NCBI RefSeq assembly: GCF_000485595.1
Contig: NW_014577072.1
Location: 110,264-155,976 of the forward strand
Source of the DNA: Priapulus caudatus
Taxonomy: Eukaryota
Reading direction: 5' to 3'
Length of the DNA stretch: 45,713 nt
The translations under genes were made by a program, and so were the position numbers. Every line of letters begins with the position of its first letter. Position 1 is the first letter of the stretch. Shown here piece after piece: positions 1 to 10,871 of this stretch. Under the pieces are notes generated by a model that searched no databases, was not told the origin of the DNA, and worked only from the letters and a program-made list of their open reading frames with translations.

Positions 1-396
1 GCGCGCGCGTGCATATCATCTTTATATAGGTGTGTGTGTGCGTCGTGCATGTGCGAGAGTTTACAGCGGGCCTATACATACTAATATCTAATTATAGACG
101 ACGTAATATATGTATATGATTCGTATTTCTGCGTGTGCGCGCGTTCGTGCGTGTATCTGTCGCTATAGCTCTCTCAGTCTCTCTGTCTATCTATTTATCT
201 TTCACTCGCTCTCCCACTCTCTCTCCCTCTGTTTCGCTCTCGCGCACGCTCACTCCCTCGATCTCTCGCCCTCTCTTCCTTGATCTTTCGATTGTCCTCT
301 CTCTCTCTCTCTCTCTCTCATTAATTTTGCTCTCGCCCTCTCTCTCTCATTTGCTCTCTCCCTCGATCTCTCTCTCTCTCTCATTTGCTCTCGGCC
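1..396. repeat. Segment duplicated at ~11520-11990, ending in a (CT)n tract
   Basis: GTCGTGCATGTGCGAGAGTTTACAGCGGGCCTATACATACTAATATCTAATTATA and CGTGTATCTGTCGCTATAGCTCTC occur both here and at ~11580-11790. Confidence 0.85.
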
Positions 397-827
397 NNNN
401 NNNNNNNNNNNNNNNNNNNNNNNNNNNNNNNNNNNNNNNNNNNNNNNNNNNNNNNNNNNNNGTGTGTGTGTGTGTGTGTGTGTGCGTGCGTGTGTGTGTG
501 TGTGTGTATGCGCGTGTGTGTACGTGTGTGTGTAAGAGAGAGCGCGTACGGACGCTCGATGCAATACCACCATCATCGCTCATCCTCACGGAGAGTTAAG
601 ATTCACGGATGAAGCCAGACAAACAAAGCAGCGAAGCTGCTGCTGAAGCGAATTACGATGATGCGATAAGAATAGAGGAGTCGGGCCGCGAGCATCGGTT
701 GTCAGACGATGATTTTGGTCGTGAACTGTTGTGACGATTCTTTACAGCAAGATCGACGGCGCTGTTTACTTGTTCACAACGATTATTGTTTTACAAGTAT
801 AAAGTAATATCGTGTAAAATAATAATA

Positions 828-975
828 ATATTAATAATAATAAAAATCAACATCATCATCATTAACAACATCGTCATCATCATCATCACAATCATCATTA
901 TCATCATCGTTGTCGTCATCATTATTATCATCATCATCATCATCATCATCCTCATCATTATCATCATCATCATCC
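828..975. repeat. (ATC)n / (AAT)n microsatellite
   Basis: Imperfect ATC trinucleotide run read directly; it explains the poly-I and poly-M ORFs. Confidence 0.95.
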
Positions 976-2400
976 CCCACGGTGATATATTGTACACGTA
1001 CACCATCAACGACCGTTTTTGACCAATTCGTTTTTGTGGCTCATACATTCACGTAAGCAATCTACAGGGGATAGATGCCATTGGATGGCTACCCTATAGA
1101 CGACTATTGTATGAAAAATTTCTATCACTAGAAATTATTTTAAGAATGATGAGGTACCAACGACAGATTATATTCTAAAAATAGTCGTTCGTAACGAATA
1201 ACTATCTGTCTATCGTGCATGCCCCGTATTCGCAGCAGATAACTGCATTGAATTTGAGACATTGCGATGGATATTTTCTGCATCAAACCACTCGGGAATA
1301 TACGCATTTATAGAAATAAATAACTCTAATTTCGACAAAAATTACTCCTTTATGATTAATCGATACGGAGTCCGATACTGGAAATGCAGTTATCGATACC
1401 CGATTGTCTAATTCATTAGGAATTATTGCAGAGTTTGCGCATGCCCAATATCTGACAATATTATACTTTTAAAATAGAGAGGGTGTACTCGAGAGAGCCA
1501 TGAGCGTTAAATTGCGATCACAAGAAATCATTTTAAGAATGATTTTAAGAATTATAAGTTGGCATCGTGGGTGTAGTAAACATGATAGATTTCGTTCCTA
1601 ACACAATACCTCTATTGTACGTGTAAAATTTAACGACTCTCTATGAATAACCACGTTGCGATAGTAATCACGCATATCAGAAGCCAATGCAGAACACTCG
1701 CTGTAGACATTTCTTACGAACATAATATCTCTGTGAGCATTTCGTTGTTTCAAGTTACGCCTGTCGACTGTGATTATCATTAATTAATAATAATTAATTA
1801 GTTATCAAGCGTGTCACCAAGAGCTATAATAATGCATATTAATTAGGCAGTATTAGCTCTTGATTAATGCTTGTTTGTCCGTGTTTGAAGCGGGCAAACT
1901 TTATCTTCCGCACGAACAAAAAATGCGCAAACTTCGCGGGAAGATATGTAAATGAGAAAGACGTGGCTCACAGGAAAAAAACAATTGTTTTATTCACTCA
2001 AAATGTAGAATATTAGAATGTGGAACATGCTTACCGATATACTTGATTCAATCAGNNNNNNNNNNNNNNNNNNNNNNNNNNNNNNNNNNNNNNNNNNNNN
2101 NNNNNNNNNNNNNNNNNNNNNNNNNNNNNNNNNNNNNNNNNNNNNNNNNNNNNNNNNNNNNNNNNNNNNNNNNNNNNNNNNNNNNNNNNNNNNNNNNNNN
2201 NNNNNNNNNNNNNNNNNNNNNNNNNNNNNNNNNNNNNNNNNNNNNNNNNNNNNNNNNNNNNNNNNNNNNNNNNNNNNNNNNNNNNNNNNNNNNNNNNNNN
2301 NNNNNNNNNNNNNNNNNNNNNNNNNNNNNNNNNNNNNNNNNNNNNNNNNNNNNNNNNNNNNNNNNNNNNNNNNNNNNNNNNNNNNNNNNNNNNNNNNNNN

Positions 2401-2968
2401 TCCTACTCTCCGTAAATTTCGTCACATTAAGCCCCCCCCCCCCTGTTCCGTCCGCAAATTAACGACAACTGTGCAATGTGCGCGCGAGAGCGCGTAAAAG
2501 TATCGCACGAGAAAACGCGTTATTTGACGTCACACGCTGCAGTATTCCGCCGACGTAACGTTCTTTGTTTGTTTCTAATCTTATTGCCGCCATTTATACG
2601 AAAATTCAGTCCTACTCTCCGTAAATTTCGTCACATTAAGCCCCCCCCCCCCTGTTCCGTCCGCAAATTAACGACAACTGTGCAATGTGCGCGCGAGAGC
2701 GCGTAAAAGTATCGCGCGAGAAAACGCGTTATTTGACGTCATACGCTGCAGTATTCCGCCGACGTAACGTTCTTTGTTTGTTTCTAATGTTATTGCCGCC
2801 ATTTATACGAAAATTCACTCATACTCTCCGTAAATATCGTTACATTAAGCCCCCTGTCCCTTCGGCAAATTTAACAACAACTATATAATGCGCGAGCAAG
2901 CGCGCGTAAAAGTATCGCGCTAGAAAACGCGTTAGTTCACGTAACACGTTGCAGTACTCCGCCGACGA
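2401..2968. repeat. 209-bp tandem repeat, ~2.7 visible copies, running into the N gap
   Basis: Units start at 2401, 2610 and 2819 (TCCTACTCTCCGTAAATTTCG...). The third unit is diverged. The array lies 3' of the Penelope-like ORF on the minus strand. Confidence 0.92.
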
Positions 2969-3286
2969 CGCTGCTGCGGATAGGATGCTGCCGTATCGTG
3001 ACCTCCTTCCACCTGGGTGACTCTCCCTGTCAGCTCTTTCCTGTCGTGACTGTGCGTGCGGCGGTGGTCGTCACTCACTGCGCGTCGCTGTACGATGATG
3101 TTCTGGCCGTCGTCTATCGTCAACCGCGAGAGTAAGCCGTTGTCAACGCCGTTGTCCGTGGTAGCGGTGACCACCGCAGCGGCAGTTGTAATGTTCCTCG
3201 CTGGGGTCGAGACTGATGATCTTGTCACAGTGTCCGTGCGCGCAGATCGAGGCGACGGGCTCACCTGTGATAGCGTTGGTCGTATT

Positions 3287-4926
3287 TTAAATTGATGAGG
3301 ATTCTCCAGCTTCTCCGGTGATTTTCGTGTTCATTAGGTAATATTTGTTCTCGTGTCGGCACTTCGAAATTAGTTCAGATCTTTTGTTGAGGAGCCTGGA
3401 TTTGTCGGCTTTAGTAATGTAAAGTTTTTTTGTTAAACAGAGATTGCATTTTTTGGAGATGTTGTTGTATGGGCTTGCTGAAGTCATGATTGACCAATTG
3501 ATTGTATAATTTTTCTTGTCGTCTTTGAGTTTCCAGATGTGCTTTGAGAGTTCAGTGCTGTTAGCGTATTTCCTGTTTCGAAATGATAGCTTGTGTTTAG
3601 TATGACGTTGTTTAAATGTTCCCTCTGTAAGTCCGATGTAGTTCTTTCCTATGGTGTCTTCCTCTGTAGTTACGCGTGCGTTGTAGACTAGGCTGGTTAA
3701 TTGATAGGCAGTTACTGTCGAGTGGGCATTGTTTTTCTTTTTGGCAGTTGCATCCGTTTTGGGAGAGGGTGTGGTTGTCCCCGGATATTTTCTTGTTGTG
3801 CTTGTTAATTATGGTTGCTATATTTTCCGTGCAGCTGTAACTGACTTTTACGTTGTTCTTGTTGAAGATAGAGTGGAATTTGTGTTATTGGTGGAAATGC
3901 TTCTGGATGAGGTTGAGGTCGGTTTTGGCGATATTAGTTTGAACGTTTTGGCCGTATGGAGGGTTAAACCAGATTATGTTCTTTTCCTGTTCTTTCTTGT
4001 TGGTACAGATGTGTTGCGGCTGGCGTATGTAAGGTTTTCGGTAAACCCGCTTGTTCTTAGAGCTTTTTCGTAGGTAGGCTTAGCTTTGTCAAATATTTCC
4101 TTGCTGCACGACATGTCTGATATCCTACGGTTGATAGATGCGAGTAGTTGTTTAATTATGGTAGGTGGGTGGTTGGATTTCGTGTTGATGTAGAGTGGCT
4201 CGTCGTTCGGTTTTCTGTAGGGGCGGTATGATCCGTTTGTTAGATTGAGTGTGATGTCAAGGTAGTCTGCTACTTTCAGGTTGGCTTGTATGGTAATGTT
4301 CAGACCGTGTTCCTTGAAGCGTTTCGTAATGTCCTTCTTTATTCTTTCTGTCTGTAAACCTGTGGTGTTCTTGAAAACTGCGAGTCCATTATCCCTGTAT
4401 AGTCATATGTTGTCCTTTCCGTACTTGTCGCATAGATTGTTCAGAATAAATAGTCCAACTAGCTCGAAAACTTCTGCTCCGTCATAGCTTCCCATTGTAA
4501 CGTCAAACATACTATCGTTGTTTGTTTTTTTACCCAGGCGGCTCCGTTATCAAACAGAAGGGATTTTCTGGAGTGCATAATGATGTTGATGTCTCGACTA
4601 GTAATATTAGAGTATTTCTTGGCGAAGTGGATTGCGCTGGATAGTAGTTCTTCAGATATGGAGGGGTAGAAGCTTTCGATGTCGAATACGGCAAAGGTGT
4701 GCTGCTGCTTGTTGGACGTGAACCAGTTCACTACGGATGGCGAGTTTTTCCATTGGTTAAGTGCTGTTTTCCTACATCGATGTTAATTTTCTCGAGAATC
4801 TGCTTGCTTGCGCGTCCTATTTCATTCTTGGCTAGGTTGATTAATCTACAGGTCGGGTTATTTGAGAAATTTTCTTTGTGATTCTTTAATGATATAAAAG
4901 CCTGTCTTTCTGCTATGCGTTCCGTT
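3287..4926 (-). mobile_element. Decayed, 5'-truncated Penelope-like retroelement (RT + C-terminal GIY-YIG endonuclease; Naiad-like)
   Basis: Manual translation across frameshifts: [77 protein letters not shown] (expected IGLYRDDGL); YRPYRKPND; SNHPP; NIIWFNPPY; CNCQKEKQCPLDSNC; LVYNA...YIGLTEGTFKQR; CNLCL; LLNKRSELISKCRH. Stops, frameshifts and DD->DN show it is inactive. Confidence 0.93.
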
Positions 4927-4927
4927 C

Positions 4928-5269
4928 TACGGTTTCCGCAGGCAACCGTACGCAGGGCTATAGTTACTAGAGCTATAGAACTACATAACAATAGATAACT
5001 AAAACAATAGCGCCATTCATGTTTATATAGGTTATGGAATGCATACAAGGTTTATTATTCATTAAAGTTGTCTGATGATCGCGCAAGCGTAAAACTTAGA
5101 GTAACAGCTAAAAGTGATGTCTTGTCTTTAATTTATCTACAGACTACAATATATTACGCTCTGCAACCTAATGCATTGAGCACTCTACCGCAGTGTAGAC
5201 CCAAGCATCCAGACTTAGATATATATTTATATATAATATATATATATATATGTATATATAGCTATATAT
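4928..5269 (+). mobile_element. Inverted pLTR (3' terminal repeat) of a Penelope-like element, ending in (TA)n
   Basis: Starts where RT homology stops, contains a hammerhead motif antisense to the ORF, and is repeated at ~11017-11360 (direct) and ~10785-10933 (inverted). A 5' inverted pLTR is a known PLE arrangement. Confidence 0.75.
5067..5108 (+). ncRNA. Minimal type I hammerhead ribozyme motif (core GAAA reads AAAA, probably inactive)
   Basis: GTTGT-CTGATGA-T CGC GCAA GCG T-AAA-ACT TAG AGT-A-ACAGC. Stem I GTTGT/ACAGC, stem II CGC/GCG with a GCAA loop, stem III ACT/AGT, GUA cleavage triplet. Confidence 0.8.
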
Positions 5270-5885
5270 NNNNNNNNNNNNNNNNNNNNNNNNNNNNNNN
5301 NNNNNNNNNNNNNNNNNNNNNNNNNNNNNNNNNNNNNNNNNNNNNNNNNNNNNNNNNNNNNNNNNNNNNNNNNNNNNNNNNNNNNNNNNNNNNNNNNNNN
5401 NNNNNNNNNNNNNNNNNNNNNNNNNNNNNNNNNNNNNNNNNNNNNNNNNNNNNNNNNNNNNNNNNNNNNNNNNNNNNNNNNNNNNNNNNNNNNNNNNNNN
5501 NNNNNNNNNNNNNNNNNNNNNNNNNNNNNNNNNNNNNNNNNNNNNNNNNNNNNNNNNNNNNNNNNNNNNNNNNNNNNNNNNNNNNNNNNNNNNNNNNNNN
5601 NNNNNNNNNNNNNNNNNNNNNNNNNNNNNNNNNNNNNNNNNNNNNNNNNNNNNNNNNNNNNNNNNNNNNNNNNNNNNNNNNNNNNNNNNNNNNNNNNNNN
5701 NNNNNNNNNNNNNNNNNNNNNNNNNNNNNNNNNNNNNNNNNNNNNNNNNNNNNNNNNNNNNNNNNNNNNNNNNNNNNNNNNNNNNNNNNNNNNNNNNNNN
5801 NNNNNNNNNNNNNNNNNNNNNNNNNNNNNNNNNNNNNNNNNNNNNNNNNNNNNNNNNNNNNNNNNNNNAGAGAGAGAGAAAGAGA

Positions 5886-5944
<59 letters not shown>

Positions 5945-6054
5945 TCGTTTTACCTGTATTGCGCTATAGGGATAAATAAGAGGATCTTCACACCTCATAC
6001 TGCCATCGTAAAGCCTATATATTATAGACTGGTTCCATCGTTTTTTCGCCGCAG

Positions 6055-6178
6055 GTTCGTCGTCATCGTCTACCCCGTACATTCACGCTCTACGTGCACG
6101 ATGAAGAACGCTCGGCGCAGTCTAATCTTCACGTGGGTGCTCGCCGTCGCTCTCAGCGTACCGATGATATTCGTGAGG
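6055..6178 (+). CDS. Class A (rhodopsin-like) GPCR internal exon: end of TM3, ICL2, TM4
   Basis: Acceptor ttttttcgccgcag|G, donor AGG|gtaag. Translation (R)FVVIVYPVHSRSTCTMKNARRSLIFTWVLAVALSVPMIFVR has the [D/E]RF..IVYP motif and the TM4 W...S.P motif typical of peptide receptors. Confidence 0.9.
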
Positions 6179-6354
6179 GTAAGACCACGTGACGACCACG
6201 CGACAACCACGTGATGACGTCACACACAGACCACGTGACATCCGCGTGACAACGTCACCTGCATCAACGTTGGGCAATATAACTCACCGACAGTACAGCC
6301 ACAGCACAACGTTATCCACATAATTATAATATAACTCAAATACGAGTAACAATG

Positions 6355-6795
6355 AGAACAACGACACCTATACTAAGTCTCTTCACCTTCCACCCAAGGC
6401 CAGTACTCGGTGAGGTTCAGCGACATACTGATCACTGCACGCGTAACAAACAAACAGCGTAAACAACAACACATTGCACTGCCCGTGTAACAAATGGTGA
6501 ATAACAACACCTTTACCAAGTCTTGTTACCTTCCACCAGAGTTAATACTGAGTGAGTTTTACCAACATGATGAGCACTACCCCGTCTAAAGAAACAAACA
6601 AACGTTAGCAACAATACATGTACTAGCGCTTACGCAGATTACAATGTAACGTATCTTCCACCCAGGGTCAGCTTCACGAACATGGTGACCACTACCCGTC
6701 TAAAGAAACAAACAACGTCAACGACAACACCTTTACTCTCTCATTTCCTCCCACGCAGGGCCAGTACTCGGTGAGTTTCACGAACATGGTGATCG
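6355..6795 (+). repeat. Degenerate tandem duplications of the GPCR intron/exon acceptor junction (~100-145-bp units)
   Basis: CTTCCACCCAAGGCCAGTACTCGGTGAGG (~6387), CTTCCACCAGAGTTAATACTGAGTGAGTTTTACCAACATG (~6530) and CTTCCACCCAGGGTCAGCTTCACGAACATGGTGA (~6655) resemble the true junction CCTCCCACGCAG|GGCCAGTACTCGGTGAGTTTCACGAACATGGTGA. Confidence 0.8.
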
Positions 6796-7006
6796 CCGTG
6801 ACGGTGTGGAAGTGTCAGGACACGCTGCTGACGACGCAGGCGCAGCAGGCCGTCGTTCTGTACAGCCTTCTCGTCATGTTCGTCGTGCCGGCAGTCATCA
6901 TGTCGATCTGCTACTCCGTCGTCATCTCGCATCTGTGGGACAGCGCTCACAGCGTCAGCGCCATGACGCGAGGCACGACGGCGATCAAACGCACCTGCTG
7001 CAGCTG
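6759..7006 (+). CDS. Class A GPCR internal exon: ECL2 (with Cys), TM5, start of ICL3
   Basis: Acceptor ttcctcccacgcag|G joins the previous exon in phase 0. Translation GQYSVSFTNMVIAVTVWKCQDTLLTTQAQQAVVLYSLLVMFVVPAVIMSICYSVVISHLWDSAHSVSAMTRGTTAIKRTCCS contains the TM5 F..P..IM..CY motif. Probable donor TG|gtaggg at 7007, less certain. Confidence 0.88.
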
Positions 7007-7322
7007 GTAGGGTTAGAGGTTAGGGGGAGGAGGAGGTAGGGTAAGGGTTAGAGAGAGGAGGAGGGGAGGGGCGGTTAGGAGCAGGGTTAGGGGAGGGGGA
7101 AAGGTCGTGTTAGAGTTAGTGCTAGCGGTTAGGGTTGAAGTTAAGGTTAGGTTGGGATTAAGATTAGAAGTAAGAAAAGGTGACGGTTAGGGTTAGGGTT
7201 AGGGTTAGAATTAGGGTTAGCGTTAGAGCAAGTGTTAGGGTTAGAGTTGGCGTTAGAGTTAAGGTTATGATTAGGTTTAGAGTGAGGATTAGAGTTAGGG
7301 TTAATGTTCGGATTAGGGTTAT
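7007..7322 (+). repeat. Degenerate TTAGGG-like / G-rich repeat
   Basis: Repeated GGTTAG / GGGTTA variants directly after the exon donor. Confidence 0.85.
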
Positions 7323-8064
7323 GCCCATAAATACGGCTAGCAGGTTTTACCTCTAATGGCTTAACCCTTCCACACGGCTGATCAAACACCACGATGCAGC
7401 TCTACCGCACTACGCTATTTCAGCCTCGTTATATTTCAGCGTCAGTGAGTTATGCATGACTATTATAGAAACGCATTCATGTTTAACGGGGTGACTCGGT
7501 ACCCGCCGCCGGACGAACACTACCCACGCACACGTACGCACGCACGCACGCACGCACACACCAACTCACAACAACAACACACACACACGACACCCACACA
7601 CACACAGCACGACACCCACACCGACACAACACACACGAACTACGGTACTCGACCACAACGCTGCCGTGATAGTATACGAACAACACACATTACTCAACCG
7701 TCTATATCGGTATGGACGACCGTTTCCTAGAGCTACACCTACGCTAACCCTATCGGCGTCCCCTGGGAGACGCCAGTTAAATTCGTTGTCGTCTCACGCC
7801 AAGGCGAACGATTTATTGGTTCCGAATGACGCTTCGAACCAGAGAGAGAGAGAGTGGTGGCGCTGCGAGGGTTAAGTGCTTTGCCTTGCGATTAGTGACT
7901 AATTTGTTGAACGTGGGGCTTTCTTGGAAAGGCACTTAATAGGTATACGGTTAGGCAAGCGAGTATGATTCTTTTTGGTTTTTCAGCTTTGTGTTTTGCT
8001 CCTACGGTCGATGGATAAGGATATGAGTGTTTGTGCCGGTCGTTTCCTGTCCCGGTCACCTTCA

Positions 8065-8189
8065 TCTCTTCTCTTCTGCCTCTCTCTCTCTCTCTCTCTC
8101 TCTCTTCTTCGCATTCGCTCGCGCGCGCTCTCTCTTCTCTCTCTCTCTCTCGCTTCGCCCTCGCGCGTGCTCTCTCTCTTTTTCGGTGG

Positions 8190-8229
<40 letters not shown>

Positions 8230-8483
8230 TCTCTCTTTCGTCTTTCTTCTCACTGTCCTCGTTCTACTCTCTCTTTCTCCGTCTCTTCGTCTCTCTCTTT
8301 CTCTTCTTCTCTCGTTTCTCTCTTCTCTCTCGTTTCTCTCTCTCTCTTCTGGGCTCTGTCCGTATCTCACTTTCGCTCTCTATTCTTCTCTTTATATACT
8401 CTCATTCTCTCTCCGCCGCTCACTTTCTCTTTCACTCTCTCATCTCTCTTGCGCTCTCTCTCTCTTCTCTCTCTTCTCTCTCT

Positions 8484-8534
<51 letters not shown>

Positions 8535-8550
8535 AATATCTCTCTCTCTC
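8065..8550. repeat. (CT)n-rich microsatellite
   Basis: Read directly; source of the SL/RE-repeat ORFs. Confidence 0.95.
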
Positions 8551-8799
8551 AACCCAACCCAACCGCCCACCCAACCACCCAACCACTCTAAGTCAGCTCT
8601 GCAGACCTCCAGTCACGTTATGAAGCTCTGAAGCTCTATAGAAGGCCTGTGCTTTATCCTTCCTCATCCTTCCTCTTCCTCATCCTTCATGCAGCACATC
8701 AGGCGTACCGCATAAGCGGGCTTTAGTGAAGGAATCACGAGGCGATTGAGCGAATAGCGGGTCGTTATCACATCTAGTAAGCGAGGCGTGCAGGGCAGA

Positions 8800-9057
8800 G
8801 CGGACATGAGGCCAGGAGAGGGAGAGGGCGTAAGGACGAGAGAGGGGGAGAGCGTGAGGACGGGAGAGGGACAGAGCGTGAGAACGGGACGAGGGGTAGA
8901 GCGTGAGGCCAGGAGAAGAGGAGGTCAGGAGAGGGAGAAGGCGTAAGGACGGGAGAAGGGGAGGACGGGGGAGGGGGAAAGAGCGTGAGGACGGGAAAGG
9001 GGGAGGACGGGGGAGGAGAAGAGAGCGTGAGGACGGAGAGGGGAGGACGGGGAGGGG
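8800..9057. repeat. Purine-rich ~24-bp minisatellite (GAGAGCGTGAGGACGGGAGAGGG-like)
   Basis: Repeated GCGTGAGGACGGGAGAGG units. Confidence 0.85.
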
Positions 9058-9058
9058 N

Positions 9059-9960
9059 GGACCAACGTTTGGGCCGACGTCAATGTTTGGCACGCATGTG
9101 TGCAATTTGGTTGGTAATTATGACGTTGGGGCCATACGTTGCGTATGGTGTGAGCATGGTCCACGGTTGCAGGTGGTTGGCTGCATGCGTTGGGCAACGT
9201 TGGCGTATGTTTGGCATGATCTAGTTGGAAAATGGTTGGCTGCATGACGTTGGGCCAACGTTGCGTATGGTTGGCACAATGCCTAGTGGCCAGTGGTTGC
9301 TAACAAACGTTTGCCCAACGTTGGCGTATGGTTGGCTGATCTAGTTGGCAATGGTTGCTGTCATGACGTTTGGCCAAACGTTGGCATATGCGTTGGCATG
9401 CATGCTAGTTGGCATGGTTGGCTGTATGACGTTGGAGCGCACGTTGGTGTATGGTTGGCAAATGGTCACGGTCGGCAAAGTGGTTGGCTGCATGGCGTTT
9501 GGGGCCCCAACGTTGGCATATGGTCGGCAATGGTCACGGTTGTGCAAATGGGTTGCTGCATGACGTTGGGCCAACGTTGCCGTATATGTCGCTGGTCACG
9601 GTGGCGAATGGTTGGCTTGCATGACGTTGGGACACGTTGCAATGGGTGACATGTACGATTGGCAACATGGTTGGCTGCATGACGTTGGGCCAACGTTGGT
9701 GTATGAGGGGGGGGTGGCATGGTCATAGTTGGCAAGTGTTGGCTGCATGACGTTGGCCAACGTTGGCGTACTGGTTGCATGGTCCACGTTGGCAATGTTT
9801 GTGCTTGCATGACGTTGGGCCAACGGTTGGTGGTATGGTTTTGGCAATGGTCCATGGTTGCAAGTGGTTGCTGCATGACGTTGGCCAACGTTGGTGTATG
9901 GTTGGCAATGGTCATGTTGGCAAGTGATTGGCTGCATGACGTTGGGCAACGTTGCCTGTA
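9059..9960. repeat. Tandem array built on the palindrome CCAACGTTGG (~50-bp units)
   Basis: Units like GGCTGCATGACGTTGGGCCAACGTTGGCGTATGGTTGGCAATGGTCA; related to 14360-14927 and 22085-22146. Confidence 0.88.
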
Positions 9961-10176
9961 ATGTATTGGCATGATACAGTTAGCAAAGAGTGCTCATTTT
10001 TAATTGATAGTTTACGGGTGCCGGTGCCATGTTTATAATTGTTACAGGAGCATGCACCACTAGTGCGCTACAACATTGTGGTTGCAAGGGCATTACCTAT
10101 ACGCTAGATTAGTAACATATATATTTGCGTATTAACACATATGGTTGGCTGTATGATTGGCATGATGCTATAAATT

Positions 10177-10569
10177 CAGAGATGCCACCACTACGATTTA
10201 TACTGTATTTTATGCGAATTTCGTTTTGCATTTGAACGCAACTACGACCGTGTCGCATACAACTACGATTATTATTACGCATCGAAAAAAAATCTTTTTT
10301 CATGATATTTCAAGTGTTTGTTCAGTGTTACATTGATAGTAATTAACATTGATGAAAATAACACTACATTATTTAGCAGGCAAATATCAGTGTGAATCTT
10401 ATTGTCCATTTGTGGGATCCCAGAATGCAGGAATGGCATCTCGGATCAATTTTTCCCAGAGGGATGCCCCGAACCCCCTCTAGCATACTGCGGGTCACTG
10501 CGGTGACCCTCGACTACAGACGTCAGATATCCTCACTACAGTTTGCTCAGAAAAGTGTTGGCATCTCTG
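10177..10569. mobile_element. MITE with CAGAGATGCCA terminal inverted repeats (hAT-like)
   Basis: CAGAGATGCCA at 10177-10187 and TGGCATCTCTG at 10559-10569. It interrupts the second copy of a ~200-bp local duplication whose first copy (~9960-10150) lacks it. Confidence 0.8.
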
Positions 10570-10826
10570 TATAGTTACAAAGGGTTCTTATTTTAATAAT
10601 AGTTTACCGGGTGCCTGGGTGGGCCATGGGTTATATAAATTGTTATCAGCACATCAAGCACCATGGTGAACTACAACATTTCCTGTTGCAGGGCATATAT
10701 TACCTATACTAGATTAAGTAAAATATCACTAGGCTATATAACTATATAAATATTATATTAATATATATATAAATAAATAAATCCATTGAGTTCTGTAGAT
10801 AAATTAAAGAACAAGACATCACTTTA

Positions 10827-10871
10827 GCTGTTACTTCCCAAGTTTCACCTTGGCGGGATCATCAAGACAAC
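10827..10871 (-). ncRNA. Minimal type I hammerhead ribozyme motif (GAAA intact, one extra T in CTGATGA)
   Basis: Minus strand reads GTTGT-CTTGATGA-T CC CGCCAA GG T-GAA-ACTT GGG AAGT-A-ACAGC. Confidence 0.72.

Noticed and set aside
3205..3260. CTGATGA word as a further hammerhead core (also at 32891)
   Set aside because: No GAAA or stem III at the right spacing.
3729..4073. Hydrophobic + strand 114-aa ORF
   Set aside because: Antisense to the PLE ORF and has no independent support.
4403..4405. In-frame TGA in the PLE RT as possible selenocysteine (some Naiad PLEs are selenoproteins)
   Set aside because: It falls at the conserved Gly of IGLYRDD (GGA->TGA), not at a Cys position. The copy has other stops and frameshifts, and I saw no convincing SECIS.
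5068..6082. ~300-aa ORFs spanning 5068-5979 and 5168-6082, and those at 2018-2497
   Set aside because: They are open only because they run through N gaps.
7975..8631. Long SL/RE/CV/HT-repeat ORFs here and at 12.5-14.5, 22.8-23.7, 25.2-25.6, 31.5-32.9 and 34.5-35.0 kb
   Set aside because: They are translations of dinucleotide microsatellites and minisatellites, open in several frames.
9059..9960. CRISPR-like array of palindromic repeats
   Set aside because: The intervening sequences are themselves degenerate copies, not unique spacers; the context is eukaryotic and there are no cas genes.
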